Origin: Owenia fusiformis | Lineage: Eukaryota | Reading direction: 5' to 3' | DNA: 64,000 nucleotides | Assembly: GCA_903813345.2 (NCBI GenBank) | Contig: CAIIXF020000001.1 | Coordinates: 38,502,001-38,566,000 of the forward strand | Part shown: positions 52,769 to 64,000 of the stretch, piece by piece | Numbering within the stretch: position 1 is the first letter of the stretch | Layout of the letters: each line of letters starts with the position of its first letter | Notes under the pieces: generated by a model | Seen by the model: only the letters and a program-made list of their open reading frames with translations | The model's database searches: none | What the model was told of the DNA's origin: nothing | Program-made: the position numbers and the translations under genes

Positions 52769-55011
52769 ATAAAACTGATACAATCCACACAGTGTCCCAC
52801 AAAAGAGTCTTCCAGTCTAATACAAGTTGACAAATGCTTTTGAACAATGGAAATGGTATCTGAAAATCAGAATATTTTGAAAGCAATGAAATTTAATGTT
52901 CCAAGAGACATGAATGAGATTAAGGGACAACTTAAAACACATGTACTCAAATATAAAATATAACGTGCAAATAGTGACATACAAGATATGAGTATTTAGG
53001 CATTTTATAATAGAGTACAAGATTTCTAAGTTCAAATATCTGTTATACTGGTTCTGTGGTCAGGTGTCAAAAGGAGGATTCGCAACTAAGATCCCTTTCA
53101 AATCCTTGAGCAATAATTTGTTCAATGCGTTCTACATGCTAACTGTGGAAGATGTTATGGTCTGACAACATAACTGGCTATAAATTCATAAAAGCACTCA
53201 AAAAGATATGAACTAGGCCTGGCCTTATGCTTTGATCATATTTTGGTTGTTTTGAAATATTTTATATTATTGGGTAATAAGTCTAACACTCATCACAGAA
53301 ATTCTGAAGTGAAAAAATGATAATGGTTTAATTTCGAATTTTTGAATCCAATGAGAAAAATCTAACCCTGTTTATTGGCTGATCATCTTGAGGGGTGTGT
53401 CAGAACTTACCACTGGCTGAAGTTCATTGAAGAATCAACAAAGAATCATGGGACCCATCCTCCTTAGGGCTCATATACAATATTGAAAAGTAACAATCAA
53501 AAATGTTTCTAAAATATATTTTATGTAATTAGTGTAATATGCTAAGACAAATTGCTAGTGTCTTGCTGTATATACTAGCAGGCCTTAAAGTAGCACAGGA
53601 CGGAATGGTAACTGTAACTATTACATCTAGTTGAATATGATTATCAGATGGTATCAGTATTTGATAGAATGGGACTCTAACATGTCTAATAAAGACTCTA
53701 ATCCTCCTTTCATTTTAATGTCTTACATGTATGTGAAGAAATGACATTTTAATCCTTTCACATGAAAAATTGTCTACACCTCAGATGTTACATTTATATC
53801 TATCCTACAAGTAAGACTGCCATTGAAATACAGTACACTAAAGTTAATATAATGGAACATCAATTGTAACAATAAGAAAAATTGGATGCACCCTTGTAAG
53901 CACCATGGCTTAATTTGACCAAAAGACCTAAACTCATTTCAACTTCAGTCCCTTGTAGGTACCTCATTTAAAGCATGTAAAAGGCATTTTGGTGAAATTG
54001 AACCTTGGCACTAGCAGCAAAAAACATCCAAATTAATTTATTTGAATTAACAAATTGAATGAATTTTAAAAACAAACATTGAAAACGACATGGTTAATAT
54101 AATGGCTTCACATTATTTTACCACAGATCATCCTCTTTTTGCTCATGTGGCAATATGGGGATTCAAACCTGGTGTCCAGGGGATCAACGTCTTATGTAGA
54201 TAGTAATACAGTTTCACTACCAAATATCATTCGATGAAACATCAAATTTTAAATCACCTCATCAAAACTGAATCATGGACCTGTTGCCATGTTATTTTGC
54301 TAAACGTGTACATTCACTGGTCCCCACATGGTTATAAACCACCAGTCTTTATAACAGAATGAATGAACTTCGTAAGGGGAAATTTTTATTTAACGTTTAA
54401 TTTTTAATTTATGTAACGTCTTTATAACCAGGTGGGGACAAGTGAGATTACTTAAACAATCTACAGGCCAAGATTGAAACTAACTGCATCAGCTCTTCTG
54501 TCACCATATCACAGTCAGGGTTCTAAACAAGAATCTTAAAGCATCTGGTCGATATACACAGCATCAAAGACTACTTGCAATGTTATTTTCCAATACACAA
54601 TATATAAATAATGAAAATATTAGTTGGTCTTATCCAAAGTAGCCTGACAATTTCCAATGGAAATTCCCTTAACTCATCCTGTTAATCCAATTTCTTAGGT
54701 TACAAACTATGAAGATATATCTAGTGTCTACAACTACAATTCTAGCAGGAAAAGCACGATATCTCCACGGTTCACATGACTTTAATTGTCAAATTCATCT
54801 GAATACATCTGAATTCTCCATTTTGTAGAGTTCAGCTCCAGCCTCTTATAATGTGTTTGTGATATGTCAAAATGGTTGATTAATTTTTCACATTTTATAG
54901 CTCTGCGTGGAGCATCCAGGATAATTGTCAAATAATTGATATGCCAAAAGTTTTCTCTCACTTTTGCGTATCTTGGTTTTCAATAACCACATTTCTTTTG
55001 TTTGGAATCCT

Positions 55012-58000
55012 CTAATCATCTCCTTCATACCTGGAAACATAAAGTGGGGAAATATAATAAATAAATACTTTAACCCCCAAGGCATTGTAATGGTAACTTT
55101 CAATATTTTGTGCAAATTACTTAGTTCTTCGAATACAAATATGTCAATTATATGAGGCTATAAATAGGTCAAATCAATTCAAAATTTTCACACACATTGT
55201 ATCAGACCACACCTATTATTTTATAATTGTATCAAATTTTGCCCATATTATTTGATTTTTGTATATTAACAATATTAAAACCCTTCCTTTGATATAAATA
55301 AATTCTGTTGTTATTCATGAAATGATGCCTAACAAAATGTTATTAGGCATATTTTAACTTTTTGTTGAACCAATATGCTCAAATGTTTGAAAATTCAGGT
55401 TACAAATATGTTTTTCTTCTGAATTAGCAAGCAAAATGTTTTGTACTTTTGTTGCTCATGGATTACTAATTGAGCCTAGTTGTATCACTCTAGCTAATAC
55501 ACTTGTAAAATTCATCCATTTGAGCTCACCTGCCTAATCTTTTCCTGAGATCCTTTATCTGTTCATTTTTCTTCTGTAGCATTTGTTTGAGATTTTTGAA
55601 TGGAGCTGTTTGACTGACTTTCTTCTCCAAGTCCTGAAAACAATCAAATTCACATGCATACAGTATATGATGTGCTGTAGTCCTACTTAAAATTGCATAT
55701 GGAGTATTATATAAATCCATTCCATTATTCTCCAAGTCCTGAAAACAATCAAATTCACATGCATACAGTATATGATGTGCTCTAGTCCTACTTAAAATTG
55801 CATATGGAGTATTATATAAATCCATTCCATTATTCTCCAAGTCCTGAAAACAATCAAATTCACATGCATACAGTATATGATGTGCTCTAGTCCTACTTAA
55901 AATTGCATATGGAGTATTATATAAATCCATTCCATTATTCTCCAAGTCCTGAAAACAATCAAATTCACATGCATACAGTATATGATGTGCTCTAGTCCTA
56001 CTTAAAATTGCATATGGAGTATTATATAAATCCATTCCATTATTCTCCAAGTCCTGAAAACAATCAAATTCACATGCATACAGTATATGATGTGCTCTAG
56101 TCCTACTTAAAATTGCATATGGAGTATTATATAAATCCATTCCATTATTCTCCAAGTCCTGAAAACAATCAAATTCACATGCATACAGTATATGATGTGC
56201 TCTAGTCCTACTTAAAATTGCATATGGAGTATTATATAAATCCATTCCATTATTCTCCAAGTCCTGAAAACAATCAAATTCACATACATACAGTATATGA
56301 TGTGCTCTAGTCCTACTTAAAATTGCATATGGAGTATTATATAAATCCATTCCATTATTCTCCAAGTCCTGAAAACAATCAAATTCACATGCATACAGTA
56401 TATGATGTGCTGTAGTCCTACTTATAAATGCATATGAAGTATTATATAAATCCTCCTTTATTCTCCAAGTCCTTAAACTAATTGAGTAGATCAGAAACCT
56501 CTAATTTCAGATAAGTAAGATGAGAAATGCCTGTAATGTAGAACTTGAAAATCAGTAAACTCTTTCAAATCAATAAAATCCAACTGGACAAATATATGTT
56601 CTCTCGAAAACCATAAACCATTATACTGAATTAAGAAACTCAAACATACCTTTTCAGCTAATTCTAACATTTCTCTTATTCGTAAAAGTTCATGTTTGGT
56701 GCCTGTGAGATCTGATTCCAAATGCTGCTGCCGATCCAAACTTGACTTGGATCCTTTATCCATTTCTGTTCTAATATTTTCCATTTGTTTTCTCATTTGC
56801 TCAAGTTCTTCGGTAGATTGCTCTGGCTGAAAATACAATGTACTCAATATGCTGTGAATCTATGAATTACTTTGTTTACCCTTGGCAGTTTTTCAAGGGG
56901 ATAAATCTATTAAATATCAAGATACTCATTGTCAGAGTTGATGATGAAAAACATCTTTGAATATTTCTAAAAAATGAACTGAACAACAAAAAACATGTCA
57001 ACTTTCTGGGGATATTGGCAACTACTGTATACAATGATATTTAGTGATTTTTTTGATTCGCCAAAGCCAAATTAAAACGCTTGTCAAATTAAAGACAAGT
57101 ACAGTATTTAACTTTAAGTACTGAATGAATGCTAGATTTTATGATTTCTGAATCAAGATATAAACAAGGTATATGAGATAGAAATCATGTCACAGTGAGT
57201 TAGTGGTTTTCACCTTTCTACCCTTCAAACCACCCATCTCCTCTTGGGTTCTTTTCAGGTCATCCTTCAAACGTGACTTTTCATCTTGATATCCTAAAGC
57301 CTTTGATTCAACCTGTTTCAGTCTGTCCTTTAGCTTTAGATTCTCTTCTTTCAGTCTATCAATTTCCTGGAATGTTTATAAAATGTTAGTTCTCCAAAGT
57401 TTTCAATGCTCTTAATCAATATTTCCAATAGTTCAATTATTTCTAAATAATGGAATTAAGAGTTCTCATTTAGGATTCCCCTAATCTATATCAATTAGAC
57501 TAACAGGACACAGAGAGCTGCTGTATGAACCTTATGTAGTTATGAAAATATAGATAAATCCTCTTTTCCCAGCTGTATTACATTATATATATATATAATT
57601 AATAATAAAGAATCTCAAATCATTTTAGCATCCAAAAACTTGATGAAAAACAAGGCATTCACATGCAAAGTGTCACCACCTACCATTTGTTACAGATGCA
57701 GACAAAATAAATGCCATTTGTTACAGACAGTGACTTCTAAAAACCAATTGTCGAACACCATCCACAAAAAAGTTGGAGTAGACTATAACCACTCCTGGTG
57801 GTGACGTAATAAATTGGAACTTACCATAGAAAGCAGTGCTGAGCTACCACTCTCATTGAGGGGAGCAAGTTTGCTTTGAAGAATCGAAAAATCACTGTCT
57901 CGAGGACTTGCACCACTGAATTCTGCATCTTCAAAGTTTGCAATCTTTTCTAGAAGCTCACTGGAACAAAATGAGATGAAATTGCACTTACTACGCACAC

Positions 58001-58695
58001 ATTTGAATGTAGTATCTTCTGACATTGTCCTACAAGTTTATGAATAAATAGTACCATTGGAACTGTGCTCACATGGGGAAAGTGCATTCTAGACATTTCT
58101 GTCAACCTATACACTTAATAGCTGATAATAAGCAAAACAATGCAATACTTTTGGATTTATGAGATAAAAGGTGATATTTTGACAATAAAAATGATGGCCA
58201 TTTTGAATCTTTGTAACACAATTTGTTGAAAATTATAGACATTACTGTTTACAACTTTCCATATAAACAAAACCTTGATTTTCTGCAATGAAACAAGGCA
58301 AGGCAAGGCAAGGCAAACTTGAACATTTCTTTGTAGTTTCTGTTCGTGTCTTCTTGCTTCTTATGATGTTTTTTCTTTTATCTCAGTCTTTTTATTCCAC
58401 TATTTATCTTTTTAGTTTCTTCTTTATTTCAGTTGTTGTCATTTCTATGTCCTCTTTCTCTGTCTGAAGGTCTGATGGACAGACAGACGGACAGACAAAT
58501 GGGCAATTACAATAGCTCAACCATGTAGGCTAATGATAAACTATTGTGTATCAATAACCCAGATGCGAGTAGAAATAATCTTGATTTACGTCATTAAAAA
58601 TTAAAAATCCAGTCAAAGTGATGTCATATTTGAAATCTGCATGTAAAAGTACATCTAAAAATATGGTTTCGAAAATTGTTTATCAACTTTGAAAA

Positions 58696-58745
<50 letters not shown>

Positions 58746-61105
58746 TTGAAAATTTAATTTTTTTTGAAAATGTGACTTCTTGTTCGGGTTGATTCCCCAT
58801 AGACCCCATGATACAAAATCACAAAAAGTGAAATATCTTTTCTTGTATTGGATAGATAACATTTTCTTTTATTGGACATATTTCAGTTTGCATAACTATT
58901 AGGTACATAAGGGTTATATGAAAATTGAATCATTAAAACAGATGTGATTTAAGTTTAAGGGAACTTTCTCCTATACCCGCCATGCTATCTGACCCGAACG
59001 AGCCACCTGGTGGTGAATCTGGTAACTACCTACTCGCATCTGCGTTATTGGTAGCATAAATATTGACCCCTTAGAATGTCAAGTACTGTGTTGTCCCACC
59101 GAAGTTGTATTTTTCACATGCACAAGTTACTAGACATCATAGCTTCCAAGCAAGGCCAGCAAGAATAGTACATAGAAAAAGCACAAAAGTACATCCACTT
59201 GAGATTTTGTAGATTGGTTTGGCATTGCTTGAAAACTAGTACTTTTAGTCTTACCCCCACCCCTCCCCTCTTCTGGTGTGTAAGGCAGGTGGAGGGAGGT
59301 CCAATAAAGGCTAGAAAAAAAACTTCATGAAGTCTCATTGGCACATTTATGAAAAATACTGGGTAGAATAATGAATTAATACGTATACTCTACCTGTTTT
59401 CCAATTCAGAAATATCTGCCTGTAGTTTTAGATGCCACTTTTCAGCCTGTTGGAATACCTGTCTGAGCAAGAGAACATTTGTATGTGCTGTGTTGATAAG
59501 TTCTGACTCAACTTCTCCACGTACTACAGCCAGGAGACCATCAAGCATGTCGCTCACCTCATCAGCCGTAAATGTATCTTCCACCAATCTGAAATAAACA
59601 TATGTTGAATACATGAATAGGATCAGCAGACTGGTTGAGTGTCAAGAGTAAGTTAAAGGAGTGGTATCAATATGGAGAACTTTTTGAACACACATTTCAC
59701 TTAAACCTGTCATAAAAAAATCTAAAAATTTACCACACATCGTCAATTTAATAGTCATCTTTTGAATGGTAACAATATAATTTGAAAAATATATATACTT
59801 TCATCTATATTGTTTAAGAAAACACATCAAACACTTGTTTTGTTCTTGGTATCACAATTCCAGAGTGAAATGAAACGTCTTTCCGAACCTCATTGGAACA
59901 AAACTGCATAAACACAACATGTTTAGGTCTCTCAATATTGTAATTGTACAATGGAAATTTTGGTTGATTTTAAAAAAGTATCGTTTATCTTGATTTTTAT
60001 CTATTTTGGGGGATTTTGTTTTCATTTTTTGAATACTTTTTTAAAATCAACCAAAAATTCCTAAAAACACATTGTATATGCTATTTTGTTCCAACAATGT
60101 TCGGAAAGACATTTTATTTCATTCTCAAGAATTGGTAGAAAGGAGAATAAACAATTGCACTAAAAAAACAAAAATTGTTAACAAAAACAGTTATATAAGA
60201 TATTTCTAAATAATTTTCGCATTAAATTGTTGTCAATCAGTCAACATTACATAAAATACCGTGTTTTTACAGAATGTTTTCAATAATTGGTTTAAGAGAA
60301 AAACATTGTTAAATTCAGTTCTCCATATCGACCACTCCTTTCCCTTAAACTTAGAATAACTTAGTTTTCAAGTAAAACTTCTATACCCCTAGGTCAGGTG
60401 TCACCATTTGATCATCACTATGACCATATATCACAGGTGAACTATAATATAGTAGAACCATTGCAAGTTCAATTTATTGAAGGTTTTACATTTTATTTAA
60501 AATCCATGTGTATTCCATACGTGTAGAGGTTCTAGGTACATTATAGTGTGTTGTAAGATATCTAGAAGGCAATTGATGAGTATTTCTCCCTATCGCCTAT
60601 TTCTGGGAAATACAGCTGTATCCCAGTACCACTCCACACAATTTTCTAATTTAAAGTACTTTTTTATCATTGACTTTTTTAACCATTGATTTAAAATTTT
60701 AAAAATGATTTTTGAAGTTGTTTTTTGAAAAGGTCATGTTTTAAAGTTAATTTGAATATGTGTATTTTGTGTATCGCCCTCAATTCCTGGGGTTCTTTGG
60801 GAAAAACACATATGTTCCTCTGGATAAACCCTGTATCCAAAATCCAAAACATAACACTGTTATAACCTTATGTATTCATCTGGTCAATATGTACTATATA
60901 TCTGAACCATCCTATATATCGTTTGACAATAATGCAGAACTAATCATGTCGGTCTGTTTTTTTAAATTTATTCTAACCTGCTATCCTTAAGGTCTTCAAA
61001 GCACGCATCTACAGCTCTCAGTCTCTGGCCCCTCTGATATCTTGCAAATCTCATATAATTCACTGTCGTGCTCTGATGGTGCTCATTCAATCCCAACGAC
61101 CCAGA
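55012..61105 (-). CDS. LZTFL1: Leucine zipper transcription factor-like 1 (BBS17); start-codon exon not identified
   Basis: Exons 60978-61105 (SGSLGLNEHHQSTTVNYMRFARYQR...), 59394-59588 (LVEDTFTADEVSDMLDGL...EVESELINTAHTNVLLLRQVFQQAEKWHLKLQADISELENR), 57825-57960, 57214-57366, 56650-56826, 55530-55633 (DLEKKVSQTAPFKNLKQMLQKKNEQIKDLRKRL), 55012-55030 (YEGDD*). All GT-AG and in phase. Confidence 0.96.
55624..56473. repeat. 105-bp tandem repeat (~8 units) spanning the LZTFL1 intron/exon junction
   Basis: Near-identical units; acceptor copies TTTTCAG|GACTTGGAGAA (minus strand) at 55633, 55738, 55843, 55948, 56053, 56158, 56263 and 56368, plus a diverged 103-bp terminal unit. Confidence 0.97.
58549..59053. 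mobile_element. MITE with ~24-bp TIRs and an internal poly(A)
   Basis: TATCAATAACCCAGATGCGAGTAG...CTACTCGCATCTGCGTTATTGGTA; A43 run at 58701-58743. Confidence 0.65.
59657..60339. mobile_element. Kolobok-like non-autonomous element, family B, in an LZTFL1 intron
   Basis: TTAA|AGGAGTGGTATCAATATGGAGAAC...GTTCTCCATATCGACCACTCCT; reverse-complement homologue of 38971-39661. Confidence 0.72.
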
Positions 61106-62668
61106 CTGAAACAAATCATCATCATTTTATAGTTACAATGGGGCCTGATTACTGATATAATTTGATATATGAACACTTTTTCAGTTCCTTTAAATATCCT
61201 ATTAACTCCCAGGATATCCTAATCCCTAAATGTGAACAACCTTGGTGCTGGACACATTTCATAGTTTAGGGCAATATTTAAAAATGAAAACTGTTATTAC
61301 GAATTAATATATTACTATTGCATACATGTATGTAAACAAAGTTGAGTTACATAAATCATACATATAATGTCATGCAAGGTAAAAGAAGATTAAAGGTCTG
61401 TCAGTGACTTTGGGAGCATAATTTTGGAATTCTTGAGCTGCAGTAATAGACTTCATTTCCAAAAATTGCCAATTTTGAGGAAATGGGTCATTTGCAAAAA
61501 TACCCTTTTGCTCGACCCCTTAGTCTCCCCTGCCCCTGCACTACTCAATTAATTTCTGTGTACAATCACAATCACTTATCATGGGTTGATATTGTGCCTT
61601 TCGTATTTGCCACACTAAAACCTGAATATTTGAACACCTCTCTAAAAATGTGAACACCTGCCAATCTGAACACTTTCTGTTGGTCCCAGTAGACAAGTTC
61701 TATTGTACTCTTTTGCTAACATGTAGAAGGATAAAGGATTTTTATGAGCAGGTTGACTTTCAGCATGTATTGCATCAGATTCATTATTTAGAGGATAGTA
61801 GAGTATAGACATTGCAACTAGGATGTTCATATGATGCATTGTATTATTGCTATAAATTTGCTTTGGAACAATCATATTACATTATTCATGATCAAGTCAG
61901 CTATCTTACAAAACCCATACATCCAACTTAACTGCAGTAAACATAGTGTATAGGAGTACCAAATGAATAATTTAAACCATTGGTAGGTATGGGATCAAAT
62001 TGACATTTTGATATAATTATAAGCACTCATTACCCTTTTGGTGCCTCTGTAGAGTATGAGATCCCTGATGTGGTGAGGGTTGGGGATACTGTCAATATTG
62101 TCCAAGGGGGTAGGATTTTGACATTGTAGTTCATCCCGGAAGTAGAAAAAGTAGGTACTTTAGTTTTGAAATTCATATTCCTGGTATTATATAAATTCTA
62201 ACTATATTTCATCAACTACTATTGGTCCCAGAGTATGGAAATTGAATTGCTCCCAGGGTACCTGGTATTTGACAGCCAAAGTTTCATTTCGCCAAAATTT
62301 CAACCCCTTGCCATGCAGACCTTTGAATGGTGCATTATCCCTTTTTCTTTTCACTTTACCCAAAATAAAACAAATCCCTTCTCCTAGTTAAAATCTGGAT
62401 TATTGGTACATGCATTTAAGCCCATTAGGGAAACACAAGAAAAATCTGATGAACGAATATAATTCTATGAATGTCATATACAATAATATATCAAGAAAAT
62501 ACATGTTGCTGAGTTAATCAATAATGCTTATCAGACAGTAGAATAATCCATAACAATCCAGGTTGTGCAAAGTGATAATCAGGGCTTAGATTCCAGTTGA
62601 TGGCTGTAATTAGTTATTCTATCCTCATCATTAAGACAGTTCTCAAACACACATATCACAATGTTATC

Positions 62669-62873
62669 CAGGCCCGTAGCCAGGATTTGCCAAGGGGGGT
62701 TCAGTTTTCAAAAATTTCCAGGGGGGGTTCACATCTGACAATTTTGGAGCAAATATGGCTAAAATCACTTGAGAAATGCTCAAAATGGTGAAAAACTGCA
62801 TGATTTTGAAAGAATTTTTGGCCAGGGGGGGGTTCGCCCGAACCCTGCGAACCCCCCCCTGGCTACGGGCCTG
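62669..62873. mobile_element. Short hAT5-like MITE (second copy)
   Basis: Same TIRs; TSD TTATC on both sides. Further fragments at ~25491-25610, ~30130-30220 and ~30582-30620. Confidence 0.8.
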
Positions 62874-64000
62874 TTATCAATGTATTATCTGCAAAGATCA
62901 TTCCTGTAATTTCAATTTACCCACTGGCTAAAACTGACAAGGTCATCTAAACATGTACCTCATCTCATCAATTCTGCTTTAGATCCCTGCAATGAACACA
63001 GTGGCAAAGTTATCTGTATCATTGATTCTTTGCAATTGATTTGAATCTGAATATAGCTTTTGGGGTATCAATATCCATTATTTACTAGTTAGGCCATTAG
63101 AAGTAGATTCTTTGTTTTGCGTCCTGGCAAAATCCATATCATGCAAGGGTACAAGGAAAACAAACACAAACTCAAGAAAAAACACAAACTTGTTTGCTGA
63201 GAAATGGACATTTTATGGGCATAAAAAGGGATGACATCAAGTTGCAGTGATTAGGCTACAAACACATGTCTATACATTTAGATATACAATATATTTAAAC
63301 ATAGCTATTATTCAAGGGTAACAAATAAGAAAATACACAATGCATGCCAAAGTATCAATGACACTGTCAATTTTGACGCACATCACATTATCCGCCATTT
63401 CGTCTGATTCTGATTGAACGAAATGCGATGGTACTTTCAGACCCTTGTGATTGCTATTTGAATGTGTTTGTTTTTTCTGATTTACTCAAAATCATGCAAG
63501 CAAGAGGACGCAAGACAAAGAATCTACTTCTTACGGCCTTATTGGAGAATGAGTGGGTTGGATTTTGTCTTGTTATTGCCCTGAGTATGAATTTCAGGAA
63601 TACAAAAAGATTTTAGAAATACAAGGATCATATACAGAAATCCACATCTTAATAAATCCCTAAAAAGAATAGTAATAATATATAATAAAGTGTTTAGTTA
63701 TCTAATTTAAATCCTTGAACAGATAAATAACTTCTTATTCTAATCATGGGCTTTCAACTAATTGAAAGCCCATGTTCTAATTTAACAGTAAACATGAATA
63801 CGACAGTATGAACCTAGAATTGAATCATTTTATATTTACCAATACATTGTGCTCAGAAATGCTGTCTACACTAACATTTGAGGAATTCTGCAAAACCAAG
63901 AATTCAGTTCAAAGAGTTTTCAAGTTAAATTTTTCTTCAGGGATTTTTAGTATTTTACCTTCATTATGTTTGATTTTCCTGTTGTTTTGTTACCAAGACC

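Noticed and set aside
55526..56365. 279-aa repetitive ORF as an independent gene or CRISPR-like array
   Set aside because: Units are contiguous with no unique spacers, there are no cas genes, and the context is eukaryotic. It is the LZTFL1 splice-junction repeat read into the real exon.
62960..62987. AG/GT-flanked micro-exon candidate as an LZTFL1 coding exon
   Set aside because: The frame needed to join exon 60978-61105 in phase 0 contains stops; at most it is a UTR exon.

Overview
AT-rich, intron-rich animal genomic DNA; the repeat landscape suggests a mollusc or other lophotrochozoan (inference). Six protein genes were assembled by hand from GT-AG exons with consistent phases: (1) an uncharacterised ~765-aa low-complexity protein (+, ~3.7-10.3 kb); (2) PRKCSH/glucosidase II beta (-, 16 exons, ends HEEL); (3) CHCHD7/COX23 (-, 3 exons); (4) head-to-head with CHCHD7, a PLAG1-family zinc-finger gene that also carries an N-terminal zinc knuckle and a PRDM10/15-like PR/SET domain (+, 7 coding exons, 831 aa); (5) a secreted glycoside-hydrolase-like protein with an intronless CDS and bacterial-type motifs (+, 702 aa); (6) LZTFL1/BBS17 (-, start exon not found). 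Non-coding DNA is full of mobile elements: a 6.5-kb foldback-like Academ-type transposon with nested MITEs, Kolobok-, hAT5-, Tc1- and Helentron-like elements, a LINE 3' end and a Sola-like remnant. Most notable: the PR/SET-PLAG chimera in the same head-to-head arrangement as human PLAG1-CHCHD7, and a 105-bp array in LZTFL1 that duplicates the real 3' splice site seven times in frame without stops. All family assignments come from recalled motifs; no searches were run.
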